IMG/VR virus record: IMGVR_UViG_3300048804_000006 | Coordinates: 1-63,741 of that record | DNA length: 63,741 nt | Direction: 5' to 3' (one strand) | Source: a virus | Lineage: Duplodnaviria; Caudoviricetes | In this document: positions 1 to 8,858 of the stretch, piece after piece | Numbering within the stretch: the stretch's first letter is position 1 | Layout: every line of letters starts with the position of its first letter | Position numbers and translations under genes: made by a program | Notes under the pieces: generated by a model | Databases searched by the model: none | What the model was told of the DNA's origin: nothing | What the model saw: the letters and a program-made list of their open reading frames with translations, nothing else

Positions 1-127
1 ACTCACCTACTACCCTATCAAGGGAATCTCCACGTAGTCCAGATAGGCGAAGTTCTTCCTTCAGGGCAGTGATCTGCTCATTTAATATATCAAAGGCTTT
101 TGCACCCTCATTGAATCGTTGAACGGC
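1..127. repeat. Terminal 127-bp direct repeat, copy 1 (circular assembly overlap)
   Basis: Identical to 63615-63741; an ORF reads through the junction. Confidence 0.97.
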
Positions 128-373
128 TTCATACTTCCATTCTCGGAGAATAACATTTTCAAGTTTCAGTTCAGCGATCTGCTCCTGCTGCTCAACCACC
201 TTCTCGATGGCGATTTTCAGTTCGGCAAACAGCTTGTCGGTGTTGTCCAATATTGCCTTCTTCTCCTGCTCGTGGTCGGCTTCGGATTTTTGCCAATCGT
301 GTAGTAAATCATAAACCATATCGCCGCTTGTTCCACGTTTGTCTATATAAGTTTCCCAATCAGCTATTTTCAT
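1..373 (-). CDS. 5' part of a ~351-aa coiled-coil protein spanning the circular junction (joins 62932..63614)
   Basis: ATG at 373 with AGGAGG SD; MKIADWETYIDK... stays open through base 1 and joins the frame of ORF 62932..63612. Confidence 0.85.
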   Translation of the reverse strand, partial: MKIADWETYIDKRGTSGDMVYDLLHDWQKSEADHEQEKKAILDNTDKLFAELKIAIEKVVEQQEQIAELKLENVILREWKYEAVQRFNEGAKAFDILNEQITALKEELRLSGLRGDSLDRVVGE

Positions 374-593
374 CTTCTCCTCCTTTCAGTTTAAATAAGG
401 TCACGGCTTTCAGGTCGCTCAGTTGGTTAGCGTCTTAGCTATTATCCTGCAACTGCCCTCAATGAGTCGTGACCAATTTTCAAAGAAAGCGGGGGTTGCT
501 TTAGAATCGTCGCTCTCTGGGCTACCGAGTACCTTGATCCATTGCCGCCAGGGGCTTATCCAAGCAGCGTTCCCTCCTGAAGGCCCGTCGTGT

Positions 594-680
594 TTAATAC
601 AAAGTGTTATACAGCACCCACCATCCAACAGCGATTAGAACTACAACAATGAGAGCTACGGCAGTAGTAAACTTATCCAT
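594..680 (-). CDS. 28-aa hydrophobic peptide
   Basis: MDKFTTAVALIVVVLIAVGWWVLYNTLY with GGAGG SD; below the ORF-track cutoff. Confidence 0.5.
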   Translation of the reverse strand: MDKFTTAVALIVVVLIAVGWWVLYNTLY

Positions 681-693
681 CACTTAACCTCCC

Positions 694-918
694 TTAATGT
701 CCATGAACTCTTGATGATTTGTATTGAGAAAATATGGTAGCCGGATTAACAATATCTTGGATGCTTACTTTCGCGTAGTGAGTGCCGGTCCAGAATCCGA
801 CAGCAAAAATTGCCAAGGAAATTATGATCAATACAAAGGCATCCACCACCACTCCCCAGCTGAATCGGCCATCACACTCACCTTTGCGACGATATTTGGG
901 ACTCCGGCAGTCGATCAT
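694..918 (-). CDS. Small membrane protein
   Basis: ATG at 918 overlaps the upstream stop; one TM segment (VVVDAFVLIIISLAIFAVGFW). Confidence 0.6.
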   Translation of the reverse strand: MIDCRSPKYRRKGECDGRFSWGVVVDAFVLIIISLAIFAVGFWTGTHYAKVSIQDIVNPATIFSQYKSSRVHGH

Positions 919-1193
919 CACTTCCCCCTGTAGGTTTCCAATGCCTTCTTGGTTCCGATCTCGAACGCCGCGCCGATGCCTGACATGATCCCGATGATGA
1001 TGGCCGGGAAGATCATCCAGACTCCATGCCATGCCTCCAATAGAACATCCACCCCGGTCGCGTTGATCTGTTGATGGAGAGTTTTCTTCTTCGCTTGGTG
1101 ACCGTAGAGTTTTCGCGTGACTACCTTCTTGATCGCCTCAACCTTCGGGGATTCCTGCGCTACGGATTTCAGTGCCAATTTCGGTTCGTTCAT
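918..1193 (-). CDS. Hypothetical protein with C-terminal hydrophobic segment
   Basis: ORF with AGGAG SD, in operon. Confidence 0.7.
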   Translation of the reverse strand: MNEPKLALKSVAQESPKVEAIKKVVTRKLYGHQAKKKTLHQQINATGVDVLLEAWHGVWMIFPAIIIGIMSGIGAAFEIGTKKALETYRGK

Positions 1194-1228
1194 TTTGTGC
1201 CTCCTTTGTCTATAGGTTGCGAATACTG

Positions 1229-1426
1229 TTAAATAATTCCTTCATGCGTCTTGCGGGCGATCCCTTTCCCCATCATCCATTTAGACGCTTGCCGTTTCGT
1301 GGCAGGGATTCCTTTTTCCTTTTTTCCAGACTTGTTAAAAAACTCCGCATCAGCGCACCCCTTGAGAAAAGCTGCATGTCCGTCTTTCAGAAACTTTGCT
1401 ACCTTATTTTCGTTGATTGCTCGCAT
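1229..1426 (-). CDS. Hypothetical basic protein
   Basis: GAGGAGG SD, directly downstream of a promoter. Confidence 0.7.
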   Translation of the reverse strand: MRAINENKVAKFLKDGHAAFLKGCADAEFFNKSGKKEKGIPATKRQASKWMMGKGIARKTHEGII

Positions 1427-1475
1427 GATACCTCCTCCTCTTTATGGGTTAGTGTGACTGTTACTGTTGATTAAG

Positions 1476-1504
1476 ATAGTATATTATATTAGATTAAATG
1501 TCAA
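1476..1504 (-). promoter_or_regulatory. Sigma70-type promoter with overlapping operator-like palindrome
   Basis: TTGACA-17 bp-TACTAT; ATATTATAT-TAG-ATTAAATGT at 1481-1501. Confidence 0.7.
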
Positions 1505-1513
1505 GAACTATTT

Positions 1514-2026
1514 TCATAATGAGTGTTTCCAGTTGAAATACTTAATGAATCTATCTACCATCCACCGCGTAATATGCTCCCGATCCCCGATGTAAACGTG
1601 GACTTTGTGTTTAACGCTGAACGATGCAAGGGCTTGCCGGATTGATTCGGGGGACGCTGCGGAATGGATGTAAGGCCGCGCGACGTCACTTTCCCGAGCC
1701 TCAATAATCAATCCCGCCCATTCGAGTTGGGATAGCTTCTGCATTTTGATCTTGGTGGCTGCGTGGTCGGAGGTGCAGTATGGGATGAGGTCTGAGATCT
1801 GCTTCCTCTCAACTGCGATCTTGTCAGTGAACCCGAGGAGGCTGTAATCACCCACCGATAACCCCTTGGAGCAAACAGTCAACCCCTTCGGCAATCGCGT
1901 AAACAGGGGGGATTGCTCGCGCGTATCCTGGCAAATCACGAATCCTTCCGGGAACTTGAACGGCTTGGGAGTGTAATTGGTGATGGCCTTCCCGATTGAT
2001 TGAGCCGTGCGGGGAGTGGATCTCAC
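1514..2026 (-). CDS. ERCC4/XPF-domain nuclease
   Basis: DTREQ and GDY...VERK motifs. Confidence 0.9.
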   Translation of the reverse strand: MRSTPRTAQSIGKAITNYTPKPFKFPEGFVICQDTREQSPLFTRLPKGLTVCSKGLSVGDYSLLGFTDKIAVERKQISDLIPYCTSDHAATKIKMQKLSQLEWAGLIIEARESDVARPYIHSAASPESIRQALASFSVKHKVHVYIGDREHITRWMVDRFIKYFNWKHSL

Positions 2027-2208
2027 CTGTCACCTCTCGCCGCCAATTCTGCCCCAACAAGCGCAATCGCCAATTCTGCGACACCGTTGAATCTCACAAT
2101 GAGATCACGGATAGCGTCGGCTATCTTATTGACTGCCGCAGCCTTCTCCGGATCAAGCGCATTAACGGCATCCCTTATTTCCTGTAAAACCTTTTCCTCT
2201 TCATTCAT
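2023..2208 (-). CDS. Hypothetical protein
   Basis: Tightly packed ORF with SD. Confidence 0.7.
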   Translation of the reverse strand: MNEEEKVLQEIRDAVNALDPEKAAAVNKIADAIRDLIVRFNGVAELAIALVGAELAARGDR

Positions 2209-2209
2209 C

Positions 2210-2401
2210 TCACCCCTCCTGAGTCGCTAATTTACATTCTTCTTCAATCCGCTTATTGTATTCATCCAGCAGCCGGTCCCGGTAGAGTTGATCCGCCTGG
2301 GTCCAGTTGGAGTAATTGAGTGCGTTGAGTTCGGATAGGAGCATTGTTTTAGACATCGATTCGATTCCGGGTTCTAATTTCATTTCACCAAGCCTCATCA
2401 A
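2210..2401 (-). CDS. Hypothetical protein
   Basis: Fills the gap between neighbours; start uncertain. Confidence 0.55.
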   Translation of the reverse strand: MMRLGEMKLEPGIESMSKTMLLSELNALNYSNWTQADQLYRDRLLDEYNKRIEEECKLATQEG

Positions 2402-3743
2402 TTTGGGGTTTAACGTCTGCCTTCGACTTAGCCGAAGCCTTTACCTTCTCAACCGGGACTCCGTCAAGAAATTCGATAGCCCCTTCCTGGATGTAGATCC
2501 CAATCTGGCCCGTAGAATTGTACTGATCTAGATCGGCAACCCTTTCGATGAACAGCATGTACTCCTTATCCTTCACCAATTTCTGCAAGAGAGCCATGTT
2601 CTTCGGTCCCAACAAGCTACCATCGCGAATCAAAATAACCTTGACTGTCGGATTGAGTGCCATCGAAATCGCCACCCCGATCATCAATTTGGCACCATCA
2701 GAACACTGGTCAAGGGGGATGTCATTGTAGAGAATCCCTGAATCGTCGATAGACAGGCCGGGGATGGGCATGGCTGCCTCCTGGATGAGTTTGAGACGGT
2801 CGGTACGGATCTCGTCTACTTGCGCATCGGCATCGGCATAGGCGGCATCCTTGAGAGCCTTTTCCCTTAATTCATCCTTGACCTGCCGATTGTGCCGGAT
2901 CTTGGAGTTCTTGGATTCGATGGACTGAATCTCGGAATTGATCGCGTCGATGTCCTCGGGCATTGATAGGGCCAGATCATCCTTTTCAGCCTTGTAGCGA
3001 TCCCGCTGTTCAGTGATCGTTTCTTCCAGTTCAGCAATCTGTTTCTTTAATTTCTCAACCATCTCCTTGTTGCCAATCGCGGCCCCTTTGAGGCTTTCAT
3101 TCTTGTTGATGCGATTGATGCGGTCTTGATTGTACGCGATGGCCTTTTGAAGCCTGGCCGTCAGATCCCCAACCTTGATCTCCTCGGTCTCCTCCACATC
3201 ATCGTAAACCACCCGATCCTTACACTTGGCCTCTGCTACTTTCAACTCCCGGCCAATCTCGGTGCGCTTATCAAACGCAACCTTCTCCTTCGCATCCCAC
3301 TCATCCGGGTCGATGCCTATAAGAGTGAGTAGAGTTTTTCGCTGCTTCTTGGACTCCTCATTGATGAATTTCAAAGGATCGAATGAGATTGAGCCAATAA
3401 GTTTGTCCAAGAATGACCGGGGAGTCTCGCCAGCGGTGACAGATTCGGGTTCGATTTTCACATAGGCTTTCTTATCGGTGAAGCTCCTCGTGATTACAAA
3501 TGGAGGGATTCTAAGGGACTTGTCACCGTCTAACTTTACAACGATCTCCCCTTTCTTACTGCCCTTTTTCAGGGGGATCTCGGGGAGTACGCGATCACCG
3601 CCAAATGCCATCACGATAGAATTAAGCAAAGTTGACTTGCCCGCCTCATTTTCCCCCTGAATTACAACTACTTCCGACTTTGGCTGGATAAATGCCGCAG
3701 TCACTTTCATGATGTTTGATACGGAAAGACTAATAATCTTCAT
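2385..3743 (-). CDS. SMC/Rad50-like ABC ATPase with coiled coil
   Basis: Walker A GENEAGKS, long coiled coil, signature-like CSDG, Walker B-like VILIRDG. Confidence 0.85.
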   Translation of the reverse strand: MKIISLSVSNIMKVTAAFIQPKSEVVVIQGENEAGKSTLLNSIVMAFGGDRVLPEIPLKKGSKKGEIVVKLDGDKSLRIPPFVITRSFTDKKAYVKIEPESVTAGETPRSFLDKLIGSISFDPLKFINEESKKQRKTLLTLIGIDPDEWDAKEKVAFDKRTEIGRELKVAEAKCKDRVVYDDVEETEEIKVGDLTARLQKAIAYNQDRINRINKNESLKGAAIGNKEMVEKLKKQIAELEETITEQRDRYKAEKDDLALSMPEDIDAINSEIQSIESKNSKIRHNRQVKDELREKALKDAAYADADAQVDEIRTDRLKLIQEAAMPIPGLSIDDSGILYNDIPLDQCSDGAKLMIGVAISMALNPTVKVILIRDGSLLGPKNMALLQKLVKDKEYMLFIERVADLDQYNSTGQIGIYIQEGAIEFLDGVPVEKVKASAKSKADVKPQIDEAW

Positions 3744-3767
3744 AACTTACCTCTTTCTATGGTTGAA

Positions 3768-3953
3768 TTATTTCTTCATCTCTTCCAGGACACTCTCGAA
3801 CCGTTGCAACCAATCATCCATAAACCGTCTTTGCCTTTCAAACACACTATCAAAACTACTTGCGGCCTGACTCATTTCCGAAGCAGCGCATGCCATTTGA
3901 TGCCCCGCCGACCTTACATCGTCCGCTCCGATTAGATGGATGTATTCACTCAT
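3768..3953 (-). CDS. Hypothetical protein
   Basis: ORF with GGAGG SD. Confidence 0.7.
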   Translation of the reverse strand: MSEYIHLIGADDVRSAGHQMACAASEMSQAASSFDSVFERQRRFMDDWLQRFESVLEEMKK

Positions 3954-3954
3954 T

Positions 3955-4707
3955 TCATTCCTCCAATCCCGAGTTACTTACCTTGCCCATCCCCAACACT
4001 CCCATCACCTTGTCGAGAGCCGCACACTCCTTACAGCCCTCGCGGGCGGCTGGGGGGGATTGTAATTCATAGAGTTCCCGCGTCACATTGAGTGCCTTCC
4101 TAACCACTCCCCGATCCCTTGTAACCGGCACCACGACCGCGCTGAACTCCATCAGGAATCCGTGATCCGTATTATTGACAACCGCGTAAGATTGATCGGT
4201 GCAAGGCTCCATGTAAACAAGGAATAACTTAACTGGAGGCCGACCGTCCTTTTCTGCCAGCACCGAATAGACATTTTCCTGGACCTCATAGAGCGGAAAT
4301 AGCTTGTCTTGCGAGTCGGTATGCTTTGCGGTCTTGTAATCAGGAACAATCTTGGACCCATCCCGACAAACTAGAATGTCATCCTGTGCGCCAGATAGTG
4401 TGATGTTGGATTTCTCGTCGTAGAAAGTATTCTTAGACCAATGAGGAACCTTGTCGTAACCGATAACATCTCCCATTTTTTGCAACCAATTAGGTTTCGG
4501 ATTAATGCAGTCGATGATGTGATGTACGCACAGTTTGGTATACGCATCAATCGAACTGAATATGCCCGGAAATGACTGCCACGGGAGCTTGAAATTCGTC
4601 TTTAGTTTGATCCAATAACACCTCGGGCAGAAATCCTCCAATGCGGTTTGGCCGAGGTTTTTGGCGGAAATGCGAATAGGTTCGTTCATTGTCTCTCCTC
4701 TTTCCAT
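3955..4707 (-). CDS. PD-(D/E)XK (RecB/Cas4-like) nuclease
   Basis: CPRC, GAQDD...VPDYKT, Q..VY, CKEC; start may be the second Met (MNEPIR). Confidence 0.8.
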   Translation of the reverse strand: MERGETMNEPIRISAKNLGQTALEDFCPRCYWIKLKTNFKLPWQSFPGIFSSIDAYTKLCVHHIIDCINPKPNWLQKMGDVIGYDKVPHWSKNTFYDEKSNITLSGAQDDILVCRDGSKIVPDYKTAKHTDSQDKLFPLYEVQENVYSVLAEKDGRPPVKLFLVYMEPCTDQSYAVVNNTDHGFLMEFSAVVVPVTRDRGVVRKALNVTRELYELQSPPAAREGCKECAALDKVMGVLGMGKVSNSGLEE

Positions 4708-4916
4708 TCGATAATATAATTTATTTGTCCCATTTTACAACTTCCATCCGGCAGCATCGTTACAAGTCCAATCCTTGTAAACCAAAACCGATAGCATGTC
4801 CGGGGCAAGAATGGATTCCGAACCCGATTTTCTAAAGTATATTCAATCGTGCCATCGAATAGTTTCAGCCAGATTATTTTTCGTCGGAATATCCATGCTA
4901 TCAAATGGGTAAACAT
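4686..4916 (-). CDS. Hypothetical protein
   Basis: ORF packed between neighbours. Confidence 0.6.
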   Translation of the reverse strand: MFTHLIAWIFRRKIIWLKLFDGTIEYTLENRVRNPFLPRTCYRFWFTRIGLVTMLPDGSCKMGQINYIIEWKEERQ

Positions 4917-4918
4917 AA

Positions 4919-5746
4919 TTAGAAATCCACCTTTCCCATCTGCTCCTCGATCTCCCCCAACAACTCTCCCGTAGATGCGATCAGATCATCTAGTTCATTC
5001 TTCCTCCGCGAGATCGGCAGCTCGTAGATGGCGTTGAGGAGCTTGTAGCACTTGGGGCCTTCGACAGCCCATTTCACAGCCTTGGTCTTAACCCGCTCCA
5101 GATCGCCTTGTGTGGCCTTTTTCTTCCCGGCCTTGGCGGATGTCTCAATCGCGGATTCCAATTCAGCCACGGCCTTATCAGCCCCCTTTTCCTTGACCAA
5201 TTTGGTAGCGAGGGTCGCGCTGACTTGCCCACTATTCACCATGTCGATAATCGCATCGGGAGAATCGTGGAGGGTGATGAGGTTGCGGACTGTTGATACG
5301 CTCCAACCTGTCTTCTTGGCGATGTCTTCGGGGGACCACAGGAAGGCGAGTAGGCGTTTGACTGCTTTGGCCCGTTCCATTGCGGATAGGGGGAGGCCGG
5401 AGTTTGATGTCAAAATGTCCAGCGTGATCTCCTCGGGCCGTTTCTTTCCAGCCGCTAAACACGCTATGCCTTTGATCAGTGCGCCTTCATCCATTGCCAA
5501 CACATGCGCTCGCCTTCTGCACCAACCGGCCATTACAGCGATTTTGTCTCCCTCCTGAGTGATTGTAATCGGAGGAAACGCCTCGTTACCGTTAGCGATG
5601 ATCGCATCCGCCATGCCACGGATGTATTCGATGGTTGATGGTGCTTGCATGTCGCGGGTGTTGTAGTCCCCGGACTCGATGAGGTCGTGCGGGTCGAAGA
5701 TTAAGATTGATGCGCCTCGGGATAAAGCTTGGTCGCGTAATGCCAT
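4919..5746 (-). CDS. ParB/Spo0J-like protein
   Basis: PPITI..AGWCRRRA (ParB/Srx-like), SNSGLPLSAMERA and HTH SPEDIAKKTGWSVSTVRN. Confidence 0.85.
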   Translation of the reverse strand: MALRDQALSRGASILIFDPHDLIESGDYNTRDMQAPSTIEYIRGMADAIIANGNEAFPPITITQEGDKIAVMAGWCRRRAHVLAMDEGALIKGIACLAAGKKRPEEITLDILTSNSGLPLSAMERAKAVKRLLAFLWSPEDIAKKTGWSVSTVRNLITLHDSPDAIIDMVNSGQVSATLATKLVKEKGADKAVAELESAIETSAKAGKKKATQGDLERVKTKAVKWAVEGPKCYKLLNAIYELPISRRKNELDDLIASTGELLGEIEEQMGKVDF

Positions 5747-5751
5747 TGTGA

Positions 5752-5994
5752 TTACCTGCCTTTCTGTTTTACGATTTCAAAGGTGTCCACTTCAAGGGTT
5801 TCGATATCATCAGAAACATCCATCAAGTCCAGATAGTCCTGAACCTGTTCACACGCTGATTCAGCGCAGCAATCACCGAGAGCATAGTCGAGCCGGTCAA
5901 ACTCTCCTTGAGTCATTGAAACAGTTTGATTGTAATTGACTTTCGCACTTCCCCGGATTAAAACTTGAACTATTTTGTCTTTCTTGCTCGCCAT
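5752..5994 (-). CDS. Hypothetical protein
   Basis: ORF with AAGGAG SD. Confidence 0.7.
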   Translation of the reverse strand: MASKKDKIVQVLIRGSAKVNYNQTVSMTQGEFDRLDYALGDCCAESACEQVQDYLDLMDVSDDIETLEVDTFEIVKQKGR

Positions 5995-6117
5995 TACAGG
6001 ACTCCTTTCTGTGGGTTAAAAAGTGGACAGGGCAGGTTTGGTTGGGTAACTCTGAATCCTGCTTATTAATCGCCTCATCCTTTCAGACCTGTCCAAATTG
6101 TCAATGGTTACAGTTGG

Positions 6118-6693
6118 TTAGAAATCCTCATCTGCCTCAGCCGGAGCCGCTTTTGCCGCTTCCTTCTTCCCGGCCTTGTGAGCCTTCTCCGGATACAGAT
6201 CCACTTCCAACTTCTCAATCGAATCCGACATCTTCCCGAACCCGACCAGATTTGCATACGGATTATCCGGATCATTCTTGTTGGGATTGTGCTTGACCTT
6301 CCCGCGCATCAACTGACCAGGTAGCTTACCCTTCAACTTCTCGATCACCTTGGTATCGAAAATGCTGACATCGCCAGGGAATGCCTTCTGGAACGCCGGG
6401 AACATCCCTGTGGCTCCGAGGAAGTCGGTCACAATCTGCTCACCGCGCTTGTTCTCCGCGCAGATCTGATCCAGATGAACCCCATTCGCATCGTCTTCGG
6501 GATCGTCGATCACGAGGGTAAACTTCCACAACTTGTCACCCTGCTTGTTGACGGCAACAGTTTCCTCCTGTGAATCCTTGGCCTTCTTTTTGAGGAAGTC
6601 GATCCCCTCGTCGATCTTGAAAATATGCCATCCTTCCGGCGCACGTTCAAATCCACTCTCGATTGTACCACGTTCTCTCGCTTGTAATCTCAT
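6118..6693 (-). CDS. Putative ssDNA-binding protein (DUF669-like)
   Basis: FERAPEGWH N-terminus, acidic EADEDF C-terminus, near a Sak4-like ATPase. Confidence 0.7.
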   Translation of the reverse strand: MRLQARERGTIESGFERAPEGWHIFKIDEGIDFLKKKAKDSQEETVAVNKQGDKLWKFTLVIDDPEDDANGVHLDQICAENKRGEQIVTDFLGATGMFPAFQKAFPGDVSIFDTKVIEKLKGKLPGQLMRGKVKHNPNKNDPDNPYANLVGFGKMSDSIEKLEVDLYPEKAHKAGKKEAAKAAPAEADEDF

Positions 6694-6742
6694 TGTGCCT
6701 CCTTGTTTGGTTTAAGATTTAACTACCCATTAAACACTGGAT

Positions 6743-6922
6743 CTAAAACGCTGACAATACAGACTCTTCCCACCATGCCTTTACAGCCCGACCATCCGCA
6801 GACTTGTAATGCAGATAGTATGAATTCTCCGAATTGAGATATTCGGCGCGACCCTTGACTGTTCCAACCTCGTCGCTGGCATCAATCTTCACCATCTGTG
6901 ACAATGCAAACTTGAAATTCAT
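6743..6922 (-). CDS. 59-aa hypothetical protein
   Basis: MNFKFALSQMVKI...WWEESVLSAF with AGGAGG SD; below the track cutoff. Confidence 0.7.
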   Translation of the reverse strand: MNFKFALSQMVKIDASDEVGTVKGRAEYLNSENSYYLHYKSADGRAVKAWWEESVLSAF

Positions 6923-6937
6923 TTGACCTCCTTTCGT

Positions 6938-7231
6938 TTAACTACCCTTCAACTGCCCCTTCATCGACTTCATGGTATACATATTCGATCTGATATCCTT
7001 CAAAACCCTTGTGTAATCCCGGATGCCTACTTTTTCATTTGCCCAGAACATCTTAATTTCGCTTTCAATAGCCTCCGGGTCCCCTTGGACATCCCACGCA
7101 ACCCTTGATCCTTGGCTGCCTGTTGCCTCCATCTTGATGTATGGTATGGCTAAGTAGTTCTTCATCACCAAGTAGGCAACAATCATCGCGTCCTCGATTA
7201 CTGTTGTGTCCTTTCGCATTACCTCATCCAC
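6938..7231 (-). CDS. Hypothetical protein
   Basis: ORF with SD. Confidence 0.7.
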   Translation of the reverse strand: MDEVMRKDTTVIEDAMIVAYLVMKNYLAIPYIKMEATGSQGSRVAWDVQGDPEAIESEIKMFWANEKVGIRDYTRVLKDIRSNMYTMKSMKGQLKGS

Positions 7232-7248
7232 CTATGCCTCCTTCTGAG

Positions 7249-7647
7249 TTATTTTTGGATCTGAGCCTGATCACCCCCCTTCCCCTTTCCTTTTTCGCTA
7301 TAATAAAATCCACATTTGCCGTCGATATTTACATCTTCACATAACAAATGTTCCATTTCTCCGGTTACAAAATTAATCTCATCGGCAGCCATACAGATTG
7401 ATTCGGGATGTGGTTCATATAATGCTCCGCATGGTTTGCAGATAAACACACAGTCTTTACAGTATGCTATCATTCCGACTTCCTCTTTCACTTTTTGACA
7501 CTTCTGCCCAAATTTTACTCCTTCCAGGAAAGAAAGGAATAAGGGAAAATCATCATGTGCCTTGAGATATTCCGACCACATGTCCCAAGTTTCTTCATTC
7601 ACATTCTTATCAAGCCACTCATAGAAATGTTCTCTCATTGTATCCAT
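7249..7647 (-). CDS. Cys-rich hypothetical protein
   Basis: CKDCVF...C...C motif; GGAGG SD. Confidence 0.7.
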   Translation of the reverse strand: MDTMREHFYEWLDKNVNEETWDMWSEYLKAHDDFPLFLSFLEGVKFGQKCQKVKEEVGMIAYCKDCVFICKPCGALYEPHPESICMAADEINFVTGEMEHLLCEDVNIDGKCGFYYSEKGKGKGGDQAQIQK

Positions 7648-7712
7648 AATTATCCTCCCTTTGATGTATTTTTACTGCTGTGCCTGATCACCCCCCTTCT
7701 GAACATCACAAT

Positions 7713-7985
7713 CTAAATTGGCTGCTCTTTAAAACTCGGAAGATCCTGACCGCCAGGGATAATGGCAAAATCAGGAACATCCATCACCGGGACTTCCGAT
7801 ATTGCTACCAACCTCTTCGTGTCAAACCACCGGCTTTCCGGAATTTCTCCGTCCTTGTTGGTAGGCCGAGACACAACAGCTTGGACGCACCCATAAAGAT
7901 CAAAAGAAATTGATGTGACCACGCCCTCCAACCCCGAAACAACGTCCTTCACCTTGAACCCCAACAACTTCAAATGCTCCTGCAT
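7713..7985 (-). CDS. Phage hypothetical protein
   Basis: Probable start MQEHLKLLG (SD AGGAG); KVKDVVSGLEGVV..YGC..WFD..RL pattern. Confidence 0.7.
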   Translation of the reverse strand: MQEHLKLLGFKVKDVVSGLEGVVTSISFDLYGCVQAVVSRPTNKDGEIPESRWFDTKRLVAISEVPVMDVPDFAIIPGGQDLPSFKEQPI

Positions 7986-8014
7986 AACCCTTCCTCCTTT
8001 TCCTGCAATTATTA

Positions 8015-8845
8015 TTATTTGAAGATCCCGTTGGCCTCCTCGAATATCTTCTTGACATGAAACCGTCTCCGCACAATCCCTTTCGGCGGGTAAGGACCAG
8101 TCCACCCGGCCAGATACGCATCCGACCGATCAAACGATGCAAGGGGAGCATGATAGCGCCACAGAACCTCCATCGGAGCATCGTAGGCAGGCTGAGGAGT
8201 CTCATTGCCGTCTACATCGGTATGGTCCGGACTCTCCAACATTGCTATGAAATCGAAGTACCCCGGCATGATGTTGCCGAATTTCTGGCCTGCGAACGCT
8301 GGCCCGTAACCCACAGTCCGGTTGTATTTGGGACGTTCCTCGGTTCGTGCGGTGCAGATTACATCGAACCCGGCCATTGTAAGATTCTGGAGGCCGTTCA
8401 TCAACCGGAGCATATTGTCAGCAATGGCTCCAAAACTTTCCTTACTGAGCTTCACAGACATTGTGAGTTCTTTTACAATCGCATCCCGCTCCGCATCAGT
8501 CTTGGCAGCATAGTCTTGGTCAAGGATCTCGTATGACAACTGAGCCGCCATCAGGTGAGTCAAAGAGTCAAGCACAATTGTTTTCGCCCCCTCAAATCGC
8601 TTCAGGTCGAACACGGTGTCGATGCAGTCCCCGAAAGATTCATAAACCCCAATCTTGAGCTTGAGATCGGGACGATTGATTGCCTTGAAAGTAGTCTTTA
8701 CCTTGCGTTTCTCAGCGGTTAAATACACTACGGGATCGCTACAAGTTTGCAGAATTGTACAGGTTTTGCCTACCTTGGGCGGACCGTAAACCAACAGAAA
8801 GTTGCCTTGGGATTCCTCGATTGTTTTATAGTTCACCAACTGCAT
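8015..8845 (-). CDS. AAA_24 / Sak4-like ATPase (ssDNA annealing)
   Basis: YGPPKVGKT Walker A, IVLDSLT Walker B, GYFD motif. Confidence 0.85.
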   Translation of the reverse strand: MQLVNYKTIEESQGNFLLVYGPPKVGKTCTILQTCSDPVVYLTAEKRKVKTTFKAINRPDLKLKIGVYESFGDCIDTVFDLKRFEGAKTIVLDSLTHLMAAQLSYEILDQDYAAKTDAERDAIVKELTMSVKLSKESFGAIADNMLRLMNGLQNLTMAGFDVICTARTEERPKYNRTVGYGPAFAGQKFGNIMPGYFDFIAMLESPDHTDVDGNETPQPAYDAPMEVLWRYHAPLASFDRSDAYLAGWTGPYPPKGIVRRRFHVKKIFEEANGIFK

Positions 8846-8858
8846 AATAATTCTCCTT

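Noticed and set aside
399-575. tRNA genes
   Set aside because: No GTTCRA T-loop, anticodon arm or CCA geometry recognised here or elsewhere by eye
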